A stretch of DNA of 63,013 bases, filler included, from Globobulimina sp. (taxonomy: Eukaryota), in NCBI GenBank assembly GCA_003354225.1. It is 25 parts of 25 records of this genome, joined end to end, with 100 filler letters (N's around TTAATTAATTAA, not from the genome) between each part and the next. Parts side by side here need not be neighbours in the genome. Positions count along the whole stretch, not along the records: positions 47,976 to 50,398 come from PIVH01006765.1; positions 50,499 to 52,921 come from PIVH01006766.1; positions 53,022 to 55,444 come from PIVH01006767.1; positions 55,545 to 57,967 come from PIVH01006768.1; positions 58,068 to 60,490 come from PIVH01006769.1; 20 more parts are not named here. The stretch is one strand, 5' to 3'. Below the pieces are notes generated by a model. The model was not told the origin of the DNA. It saw nothing but the letters and a program-made list of their open reading frames with translations, and made no database searches. The translations under genes and the position numbers were made by a program. Positions 48,365 to 58,625 of the stretch are shown piece by piece (the stretch's first letter is position 1; every line of letters starts with the position of its first letter).

Positions 48365-49406
48365 TTAATGGCACTCATTGGCATTACAAACCATTCCATC
48401 CATCTTTTGAACTTCAGTGTAAGTTTTATGTTTTCTATTAACCTGATCCGTTTTTGACATTTTATGACATTTTAAATTTGGCATAGTCACATATTTCATA
48501 TTGAATGTAAAGACCATGCAAATAGAATTCAGCAAACCGTCCGTAACCATTAGAAACCGACTCGATCGCCCAAAGAACAATAATAACGTTATCAATAACG
48601 ATGAAAACGTAGACAATATCCCCAAAATGCACGTTTTCTGTAATATACAAATTGTACATGTAATTGGCATAAAACATATGCACACAAAAAGCATGTACAT
48701 CATTGGCAAAAACTTTCAGAAACATATAATTAGCAAAGAGATACAAAAAATGGAGGCCCCAATAAAACAACTTAACAATTGTAAATTTCTGAAATGTTAT
48801 ATCCTGACTAGATGCGCCATGAATTAATTTCGTTGTAAACAGACAAATTAAAATAAATACAATCAAAGTGCTCCAAAACATAAATATTCCAACATGAAGA
48901 CCAGAATTATTCTGTGATGCAAAACAAAATCCATACTCCGGATGAAATGACATCTTTGTCAAGATATTGAATATTATTCCATGATATATAACATATGTAA
49001 ATATTAAAATTTCTATTAGTATAAATTGATAATTTGGCAATTTTAGTTTGGGGATATTTTTAAATATTATGTTAATGCGAAGTAAACAAAATTGATAAAA
49101 ACAAAAACGGCTTATTACCGCAATAACAATTTCCGGGCGTTTTACAAAAGTGCAAATGTTATCTGACGGTTTAATATTCCATTTGGATGGATCGAATATT
49201 AGAAATTGGCTGAGTGCAAACAGGAACAAACTGATCAAATATCCAAATGTGCTCGATAGTATCCACTTAGATGCAGCCTTATTTTTGTTGGCAACGCATA
49301 GCATGATATATATGAATATTGGTGTTGTTATGAATACGAGGATACAGGAAATGAATACTACACTTGCCCATCCCTCTGTTGTAGGAAATTTGGGAATCAA
49401 AAGCAT
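48365..49406 (-). CDS. 7TM GPCR-like membrane protein with a frame disruption near 48700
   Basis: Successive TM helices, extracellular Cys (NICTF, GFCF), LLRINIIF at the end of TM3; the last helices (VTDGLLNSICMVFTF) lie in the overlapping ORF 48365-48709. Confidence 0.55.
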
Positions 49407-49470
49407 GATTTACAGTTAGAAAGTTGTCATTACCTAGCTAGGAGAAAATCTTTGATGTCAAGCAGATCCA

Positions 49471-50398
49471 ATGTCTGATTCTGTCCTCTCGTTGATTCTC
49501 CTATTTATTCTTACGATTTGTTTCTTTGTTTGTCTGTATTATCTTATTAAATTTATTTATCGATTAATCCATCAAAATGATAAAGTACTATCATATAATG
49601 TTTATCTGACATTGGCTTGCTATATATTGACATCATTATATTTAATATGTGATATTATCCATTGCATAAATGTTTATTTGCATCATTACCAATTAACGCA
49701 TTTTGTCGGATATATGTTCGTTTTAACTACAATTGGAAGCACCTTTTATTTTATTTCAACTACAATAATTTACATTATATTAATTTATCGAATATATTTT
49801 ATTTTCCAAGGTTCTATATTTGCAATCAATAAATATGTGTTAATATTCATTACTTTTTTGATTGCCATAACATTTTTGTTTATGATCGGATATTTGGTTG
49901 ACATCACTTTATTGAATATGCCAATGTCATCATCTCATAACACTCAGTTCAACACAATATTTTCTTCCACAAAATTTCGCAAAACTGATGATTTGTCGCG
50001 AAGTATATTCGATGTCATATTAAATGTGTCATGTATTTGCATTTTAATTTATAAATTGCGACAATTAGTTCTATTAATGACTGATGATTTAATCTATGAT
50101 ATGGATAGTTTATTGACTGTGCAATTAGATTTACGTCAGGAGAGAATCATTGATTTAGTGGCAAGACAAACCATATTAGGAATTTTAGCAACGTTTATAA
50201 ATCAATTGTATAATTTAACAACATTTATAATTTCATTTTATTGGAATGCTTATCCCATCAACATAGTTTATATTTATTTTTGATTATTGGGTCGAGAGGC
50301 TTTGAGGGTTTATGCAATTCATTAATATTATTTTATTTTTTTAAAATGAACTCAGATGATTATTATCAATGTTGTGGATGTTGCCATAAAATATGTTA
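49471..50398 (+). CDS. 7TM GPCR-like membrane protein with a frameshift near 50280, 3'-partial
   Basis: TM helices, LIYRIYFIF; TM7 and a Cys-rich tail (EGLCNSLILFYFF...YYQCCGCCHKIC) lie in the shifted frame after a T-run. Confidence 0.6.
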
Positions 50399-50498
50399 NN
50401 NNNNNNNNNNNNNNNNNNNNNNNNNNNNNNNNNNNNNNNNNNTTAATTAATTAANNNNNNNNNNNNNNNNNNNNNNNNNNNNNNNNNNNNNNNNNNNN

Positions 50499-51996
50499 CA
50501 AATGCTAAGCTTGTATAAAAACACACGTTATTAAACGCCTTAAATGTCCGATCATTTTGCCATTGACCTCTGGTTCTCTTATGTTCGCCGTATATTTCCC
50601 TCCAAACTTCACCATACCATTGCCAAAATACGTTATTTTCATCCAATCCATATTGAGGATTGGCGTTATTTGTCCTTAAACCCCGCATAGTAACATTCAT
50701 ATATTGATTATCATTTTGGTGATATTCTAAATATTTTACCAATTGCCCATCCTTTGCAGACAAACCTTTATTTTTGTCAGTGTAGGTAGTCAGAGCAATG
50801 TAGTTGACAGAGGATAATCTCATCATAAAATCTTGTTTTTTAGTGAAAGATGTACAGCCTTTATATTTCGAGCCAATGTGGTGTTTCTTGGCGGCATTGA
50901 TCCATTGTAACGCAGTGAACCAAAATTCCAATGATAATTTATGCCAGCTTGGAAATCGCGAAGTGCCAATGGCCAAAAAAGTTAACGCAATCCAAGTCCA
51001 ATTAGTTATCTCCACCACTAACAGAGCCGCAATAATAGCACATACTAAAATGAATGAAAATGCTACCAATCCAAGCAGAGCATACAATATTCGTTTGCAA
51101 CAATGTGAATCATCCCAATCTTCTGTTGAAATGGCCCAAATATAGGCAAGATAGGCCACTGTACAGCAAATAAAAACCATTGGTACTTCGAATATGTATA
51201 ACTTATAAAACCATACTTGACTAATTGTGTGGAATGCTGCTGTTAAATGTTCATCTTTTGGTTGCCAAAATACCCAACAAACCACAAAAAATATGCCGAA
51301 GAAGTCAGTGCAGGCACAGAGCCAATTGAAAAATAACTGTTTGAAATTGCATGAAGTGCCCATGGAGAAAACAAGAGATTTACTGGCTACGCTTAATAAA
51401 GATATTAATATGGATATTATTGCGGCAATATTCGCTTCGTTATATATCACAATGGCAGTGCACTGCAGGATTGCCTGAGGAAATGCTATTGTGTTAAAAT
51501 AGAAATTGTAGATTACATATATTGTGTGCGAGGATTATATATTATATATACCTTCAACTAGACTTTCAACAATAAATCCAGCATGTTTCTGTACTTTAGA
51601 TTCAAAGAATTGTTTGAATTTTGAGGCTTCTTCTGTTGTCGTTGCAGCATAAAAATCAAGTTTGAAACAACAATATTCCTTTAATCTCTTTGGTAAATAT
51701 GAATCTTCATTATGCGCATAATAAAATACAAATGGAATAAACGGCGAGAGTGGCAATAGAAGCATAAATAGCGCCACTTCTCGACAAAATTTATATTCTT
51801 CAGAGAAAATGTGAACAAATAAGGCATCGTAAGCAATGAATGCCAATATTAGAATAGATACGGATATGGCAAAAAATAATATTCTGTCGTTTTGATAAAA
51901 TTGAATGCAGACTATGATATCAGTGGTAACATCCAGAATAGAAATGCTTTGTGCCAATATATCATATATTTTCCCAAAACAGTTAGCTTGTGCCAT
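50499..51996 (-). CDS. XK-related (XKR-like) multi-pass membrane protein; intron 51486-51551; 3'-partial
   Basis: LDVTTDIIV at the N-terminus; splicing creates LVEAFPQAILQ (the ExxPQxxLQ XK motif) followed by SILISLLSVA. Confidence 0.7.
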
Positions 51997-52074
51997 TTTT
52001 ACTAGTGATATTCAGTTGTAGTGCATGCAAAGCAGAAAACTTGAAAATTAAGAAATTGACAATGGCAACTTAAA

Positions 52075-52620
52075 GTGATGTTAAATATGTATTCCATGGA
52101 ATGGACACCACGGATAATTTTGTCATTAGTTTGTATTGTCATATATTTGAGTGAATTAATATTTTATAAACCTGATAAAATGCTCGATACACAATTCGGT
52201 CGGTATTTAGGACCCAAAAAACACTTTTTTAGATGTATGATAAATACACTATTGCTGGTTACTTGGAATAAAGAATTCTATGTCTCTGATGAGCCCCTTT
52301 CTATGTTGGAAAGAATTGGTTATTTTACATCAATATTTGGAATGTCACTACGTATTTATTCAAAGTATATTTTAGGGAGATACTTTACCTACGCATTAAC
52401 TATCAAGTCAGAACACAAAATTATCGATTCTGGTCCATACGCAATTGTGAGACATCCTGGCTATGCAGGAATGATGTTGTATGGACTTGGCAATGATCTA
52501 TGGACTCCAAATAAATTATATATTGCATTAAACATTGCAGTCATTTGGATGTTAACAAAAAGAATTCCAATTGAAGAAGCAATGTTAAATGATCATTTAT
52601 CGAAAGATAACAGTTACATT
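52075..52620 (+). CDS. Isoprenylcysteine carboxyl methyltransferase-like protein whose 3' end runs into a repeat element
   Basis: LGRYFT...HKIIDSGPYAIVRHPGYAG...RIPIEEAML; the usual terminal Y..Y....R..P motif is absent, and the ORF continues into the repeat to a stop at 52680. Confidence 0.85.
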
Positions 52621-52885
52621 AGACTATGCTCAACTAAGTTTTTTTCGAGACCGTTACATTTCAAGTCTACTTATGTCTAAGAGGATTGCTTGCCAGCAGC
52701 GTGGATTAATAAATAGTACTCACTATATTGCCTCTACTGTCTCTCCATATGGTTTATAATTCATTTGAAAAATAAACCTCCACATAAAAAATCGATAATG
52801 GTAAATGCAACAAAAATGGTCGCATAGCTCAAGCAGAGCACTGGATCGATCCAGAAGATACAGGTTCAAATCCTGTGGCGACAGC
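52617..52885 (+). repeat. Dispersed ~270-bp element, copy 1 (conserved ~200-bp body + tRNA-like 3' module)
   Basis: Highly similar to 61177-61454 on a different contig, from CATTAGACTATG to GCGACAGC. Confidence 0.92.
52818..52883 (+). ncRNA. tRNA-like cloverleaf lacking a normal anticodon loop
   Basis: GGTCGCA TA GCTC-AAGCA-GAGC A CTGGA-TCGA-TCCAG AAGAT ACAGG-TTCAAAT-CCTGT GGCGACA; A-box-like and B-box sequences present. Confidence 0.75.
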
Positions 52886-53046
52886 AAATCATTATGTAAT
52901 GGATTTGGATTTTATGGAATGNNNNNNNNNNNNNNNNNNNNNNNNNNNNNNNNNNNNNNNNNNNNTTAATTAATTAANNNNNNNNNNNNNNNNNNNNNNN
53001 NNNNNNNNNNNNNNNNNNNNNAAACAGTTTTCGAGCTAACTACTAG

Positions 53047-53676
53047 TTGAAAAAACGAACAATGCTGACATCAAACACCATTCGTTTGATCCAAAATACG
53101 ATTGATTCTACGCAGAGTCACAATAAGCGATTGGATGTCAATCAGATTTGGGAACAAAGGGATAATGATTATAGAAACAGAAAAAGAAAACGGTCAGAAA
53201 TTGATCATCGAAACAGTGATAATTATGTGGATAATAATTGGCAGAGTATGCAACAAATAAGAAAACAAAATGCAAAAAAAAGAAAAACTAATTTAGAAAG
53301 TATTATGTCAGGACAATGGAACCACGATAAATATGATCGAATGCAAAAACAACCAAAAAAAACAATATTTGATGCATTGGAATCATTAAAAAATAATAAA
53401 AAAATTAAAGCCACAGCGACGGCAAAGAAAAACAGAGCAAACATTAAAGCAAATGAACTCGACAATGAATCAGAAAGTGATATTGATCTAATTAAAGAAA
53501 TAAAAAAACGTAAAAAAACAAATTCAATCACCATAAATATCAAACCTGTGAATAACAAACAAAACAATGATCAGGAATCAGATAAAAAACTGAAACACAA
53601 AAAACATTCGAAAAGGAAAAAAAAACAACAGACAAAAACGCAAAAAGAAACGCAAGAAAGTTGTGAATACAAATAA
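53047..53676 (+). CDS. Lys/Asn-rich protein of unknown function, likely 5'-partial
   Basis: 209-aa ORF with a GQWNHDKYD motif and basic NLS-like runs. Confidence 0.5.
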   Translation: MKKRTMLTSNTIRLIQNTIDSTQSHNKRLDVNQIWEQRDNDYRNRKRKRSEIDHRNSDNYVDNNWQSMQQIRKQNAKKRKTNLESIMSGQWNHDKYDRMQKQPKKTIFDALESLKNNKKIKATATAKKNRANIKANELDNESESDIDLIKEIKKRKKTNSITINIKPVNNKQNNDQESDKKLKHKKHSKRKKKQQTKTQKETQESCEYK

Positions 53677-53865
53677 CGACTCAAAGAAAAACAGAAAGTG
53701 ATCTGTTTGCATTGTTGTGCAAGGATATCACTTCAATAAATTGTAAACTTTTTTTCTAATAACTCCGATTTTTTTAATAACATAAATAGGTCTGAAATGC
53801 GCAAATTCGTAAGTGTTTTTTCTGAGTAAGTTTTTGAATCTGAAGTATCTGAACTTTAATACACC

Positions 53866-54289
53866 ATGCAAGCTGCTCGTCGTTTCAGTATGGTATATAA
53901 TGCCCTTGTACAACAATTGCCAAATACAATATGATATTTATTACACACAGATGAGACGAATTCATCCTAATGGACAAAATAGGAATATCTTATATAATAC
54001 ACGTCGATATATCACAGACTATCAAGTAAAAAACCAAGATATAACCACAGGACTATTACACTCCAATTTTTTTCAATTGTTTTTTGTGTTTGGGATAGTT
54101 GCGTGTTCGCAAGCAAGTTGGGGTATTTTGGATAACTTATTGCCATTCAGCTTTGGCCAACCAACACAAGGCGCATATTTCCCACCACATTGCAGATATA
54201 TTACGCCGTATGAGGACATTGTACGAACTCACAAAAAGAAATTAAAAATGCAACAGGAATTTAATGTGGATCCAAACGAAACAGATTAA
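53866..54289 (+). CDS. Small single-TM protein with a mitochondrial-presequence-like N-terminus; intron 53893-53950
   Basis: MQAARRFSM joined by a 58-nt GT-AG intron to MRRIHP...; one hydrophobic segment. Confidence 0.5.
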
Positions 54290-54580
54290 TGCAACATCTT
54301 CCAATTGAAAACAACAATTGTTTGTTATTGAACAATTTTTCACGTTTCTATCCTTGCACAAACATTCGACATTCCTCTGAGGTGTTATCCTTGCACTTTA
54401 CTATAAAAACTATACAATTTAAGCACTCACTTTGCAATCACAATAATTAAAACTGATAATAATTAAAATGGTAATAATTATATATAATTACAAAACAAAA
54501 ACACCCGACATTTCATATCTAAAACAAAACGGACTAACAAGAGAATATATAAACTGCAAATGTGCTGTGTGCAACATCTT

Positions 54581-55444
54581 TCATTGGTTATTGTTGGACT
54601 TGAAGCCTTGAACAATATGCGTTTGCGAAACAGGAACCAATCCCTGCCTTAATTTATTATCATCATATTCATGCAAGGTTTTTTTCAAAGGCCCAAATAA
54701 TATGATTATCCCAATGAATACAAATAACATCCCAAGCATAAATGGCATGGTTTTTAATATTCCTTTATTCGAAAATAAATCGTAGAGTCCACCAAATGTA
54801 TACGGTGCCACTGCAAAAGTCAATCCTTTCATAGCATGCAATATACCCATTCCTAAGCCTTGTTCTTTTTTATTTAATCGTTTCGCTAAACAGCCGTTAA
54901 TAACAGGCGATGTCACAAATGATAAACCAAAACACGCCCAAATTAACAGTCCAGTGATATAATTTGGAAATAAATACGCGATGATACCGCTACACATAAA
55001 TGAAAACACTGCAATCAAAACAAACATTAATAACAATATATCACTGAAAAACTTTGCTAATATCGGCAGCACCAAAAGTTGACTGATTAACATCACCAAA
55101 CCCATTGCAATGCCACTTAAATAGTACACAGTACACAATCAATGGTTCAATTTGAAAATTGAAGATAATTAATTCTTATATATATATACCTGAAAGCATT
55201 GAAAGTTGCAGCTTTCTGGTCATCGTCGCATAATGACAATATATCGTCAGTATAACTTCCAATCATATCATCGATGCCACTCTCTGGTATTGAGGCTACC
55301 AACGCCATTATAGATATCCATAGAATAACTTTATTCTCTCTCATCAGACACAATGGAGCTAGCGGGTTATTGCTATGAAAGTGGTTTCCTTTCGTTGGCA
55401 CTCTCAGTTCAACTGACAATGTTTCGTCAACAATAAAAATCAAC
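54581..55444 (-). CDS. MFS transporter (TetA/MFSD14-like), C-terminal half; intron 55116-55189
   Basis: VDETL, NPLAPL, EQGLGMGILHAMKGLTFAVAP..FGGLY, MPF; splicing gives ATFNAF-S-GIAMG. Confidence 0.85.
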
Positions 55445-55952
55445 NNNNNNNNNNNNNNNNNNNNNNNNNNNNNNNNNNNNNNNNNNNNTTAATTAATTAA
55501 NNNNNNNNNNNNNNNNNNNNNNNNNNNNNNNNNNNNNNNNNNNNATTAGCTAATCAATATTAATTATGGAACGTTAATATATTAGCAAAAATTCTTCGAA
55601 ACAGAAGAGAGTGGTATTAGATATTACATACATCAATGGAATATGTATGATATCAATATAACGTTTAACAGTTTTTCATGATTTGCATACGTTTTAACAT
55701 TTCATCATTTTTTTACTTTTACAACTTTTGATACAAAAAAAAAGGGTACATGTAATTGTAATTATTACGTTTGCACGTGTTTAACAGTGTCATCTCAGTG
55801 TCACAGTGTGACACAGATGTGAACTAAAAAAAATACATCAAGCAAAGCATGTCGATGTGCGAGATTAATTCGAGAGTGATTAGAGAGCATTAGATAATCT
55901 CCGGTAATCTCGCGAGTCTCTATAGATTAATTCGAGAGATGCCATTTGCGCC

Positions 55953-56010
55953 TCTCATCGAACAATATCTTTAATCATGGCTCCGTCTACAACTTACAAG
56001 TTCTGAACTG
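55953..56010 (+). repeat. Direct-repeat copy of 56929-57021 with an internal 35-bp deletion
   Basis: TCTCATCG..AATATCTTTAATCATGGCTCCGTCTACAAC and TTACAAGTTCTGAACTG occur at both sites. Confidence 0.9.
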
Positions 56011-56066
56011 AAAAACATATAATAATAAGTATAATCACAAAAGAGCAAGTTAAATTAATAATTAAA

Positions 56067-56812
56067 TTATCTAAATTTAGCGACTGTATTATTCAACGGA
56101 AGAGTGGCATATTCCGTTTTATTCCATCTCTCCATAAATGGCAACTCATTAAACTCATCATAAAATTTCTGTAAATTTGGATAGTTTCTGATCCATTCTT
56201 GATCCAATTTTAAATTACCAAAAATATAATAAAATAGATGAAAGTCTGCATAAGATATCTCATCGCCTGTTAAATATTTCTTACTTTTCATAAAATCATC
56301 CAATGGCTTCATTTTTGATGGTAATGTTTTATTTAAATATTCATCTTTTCCTTGCGGATAATTTCGATACGACAACATTGTGAATGAACTCATTGAACCA
56401 CCAATAATATCACATAAACTGTCTGCAACTGCTAATTGCGGATGATTTTGAACTCCAATCTTTGTTTTTATTTAGTTCTATAAAATTCTAACAAAAATAT
56501 ACTATAAATATATACCTGAAATTGTCTTGCAATATACCTATAAATTGCTTTGCTTTCAGTAAATTGAATGTTTGTTTTTGAATCTATTAAATATGGAAGA
56601 TTCGGGAAATCAAAACCTAATTTATATTTAACATCCGTCCAATCAGCCCTTGAAAATCCTTCATCTGCACCTTTTTCTTCATACATCACATTTTTAAATT
56701 TAACATCTGCATAAACCAATAACATTCGCGCAGTATTTGCCAGTCCACAAATTTTCCAATATCCAAGCGTGATTCTACCATCATCCACTGATTTTTGCTC
56801 TTGTTCTGCCAT
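56067..56812 (-). CDS. Glutathione S-transferase, mu-class-like; intron 56460-56515
   Basis: LGYWKICGL, WTDVKYKLGFDFPNLPYLID, TESKAIYRYIAR, YLTGDEISYADF; a 56-nt intron restores the frame. Confidence 0.93.
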
Positions 56813-56952
56813 TTGATTTGATACTTGTTTGTTTATATAATCAATGATGTGATCAATTTTATTCAAAACAGACATGCAAATTGACTTTAGTCTTTTTTGT
56901 ATGATATATAATATTACTCAAAAATTTTTCTCATCGTAAAATATCTTTAATC

Positions 56953-57784
56953 ATGGCTCCGTCTACAACGTTACTTGCCACATTGATGGCAATTACTTTC
57001 TACATTACAAGTTCTGAACTGGTGAATTGTAATGGCGATTGTTCATGCAACCCTGGAAAACAATCAACAGAAGAATGCACATTAAAGTTAAAATAAAAAA
57101 TCCAAATGACCGGCCACAAACACATGCAATTTTAAACATATATGATCATATCACAGTTGTGCAACACCAGATGGCTGCCGCGCCAGCACACTAACATGCG
57201 GAGCAGGGCGACCATGCACCATAATGTGTATAGACAGTAGTTCCTGTGCAGACTATGCGTATATCAATGCCATGGCCGCGACCGATGTCTTTGTGGCATG
57301 CAATGGCAACGATGCCTGTAAATCTCATTTAACTTTGCTATGTGGTTCAGGTGATTGCCGTTTACAATGCGGAGCAGGAACCAGCTGTGAGGAATTTGGC
57401 AGTGTCGACGCTACGCGCTCCAATTCATTCACTTGCGGCAACTGTCCGCCTTCCATTGCAGAGCTGCAATTCACGCCCGATCCCTCTCCATCGCCAACAG
57501 ACTCTCCCAGTCCGGCACCGACAAACATTCCCACAACTTCGCCTACTAAAGACCCTACGCCGGACCCTACAAAATCACCCACCAATGACCCAACCACATC
57601 GCCTACCAACGACCCCACCAATGACCCAACCTCTGTGCCAACATATATCCCTACCTTCTTACCTACATTTGACCCAACCGCACATCCACCCACATATCCG
57701 CCTCCATTCGTAACCCATACCGGCTGCCATCCCGCACCACATACGCAGAAGCCCCGGCGACTGAAATCGTGCCTATTGAAGTAA
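56953..57784 (+). CDS. Secreted Cys-rich protein with a Pro/Thr (xPTxDPT) stalk; intron 57087-57156
   Basis: Signal peptide MAPSTTLLATLMAITFYITSS; a 70-nt GT-AG intron joins it to the 57224 ORF; CxxxxAC repeats; PTxxPT repeats. Confidence 0.8.
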
Positions 57785-58067
57785 GGAGCTCCCTCTCAAG
57801 CTTCCTGAATAAAAGCCTAGAAATCTGTCAAGTCATGTAAAGTGGTGGACATCTTGGCTATACTCAATAATTGTATGAGGCTATTTAAGGGATATCTGAT
57901 GTAGATGATTATCCATATCCAACTAGCTTTACAGGGCCGTAGCCATGCTGAGGCAGAGGAGACGGCCNNNNNNNNNNNNNNNNNNNNNNNNNNNNNNNNN
58001 NNNNNNNNNNNTTAATTAATTAANNNNNNNNNNNNNNNNNNNNNNNNNNNNNNNNNNNNNNNNNNNN

Positions 58068-58197
58068 TTGCTGCTGTCTCTGCAGCCTCTTGTTTGATTG
58101 GCGATTCTTGTTTAACTGGTGATTCTTCCCCCTTTTCTTTTACTTCTTCTATCTCCGCACTTACTGTTTTACTTTTTACCTCTGTTGCTGTGGCCAT
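58068..58197 (-). CDS. N-terminal fragment of an acidic low-complexity protein
   Basis: MATATEVKSKTVSAEIEEVKEKGEESPVKQESPIKQE, open to the contig edge. Confidence 0.5.
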
Positions 58198-58625
58198 TCT
58201 TATTAGTTTATGTAATTTGTTTTGCGTTAAATCGAATTTGGACTACTTGTTTTACGTTGGGATTGCTGAGGTAACTAAAAAAACTGTCTAACAGTGTTAG
58301 TCTAAAACATCAGATGATACTGCCATACCGAAAATATCAGACTATAACAAACTGCTATTTTTCATCATATTCAAATGGATGTCCTTCTCGACGTTTAGTG
58401 ATAATGTAATTTATGTAAATGTTTATTGATGACGAATCAAAGTGGAGTGTTATCTTTTTGACATTCATCGTCAACACAGAATTAATATAGAATTGTCGAG
58501 GTAAGGCCCGTATATGTGGCGAATGTAAATAATATTAAGTTTATTAAAGAACACACGAAATAATTAATAAGTATTAAAAAAAAACACACAAAACTATACA
58601 AACAAAAAAAAACAAATTTATTTAT

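Noticed and set aside
44549-50398. Alternative genetic code or programmed frameshifting to explain the split ORFs
   Set aside because: Well-conserved genes end at TAA, TAG or TGA normally, most splits resolve as GT-AG introns, and the clearer remaining ones lie at homopolymer runs.
52617-52817. Fanzor/TnpB omegaRNA or snRNA identity for the repeat body
   Set aside because: There is no associated nuclease ORF and no motif I can match with confidence; a covariance-model search would be needed.
52818-52883. Functional decoding tRNA
   Set aside because: The anticodon loop is 4 nt, the D-loop lacks GG, and acceptor pairs 1:72 and 7:66 are mismatched.
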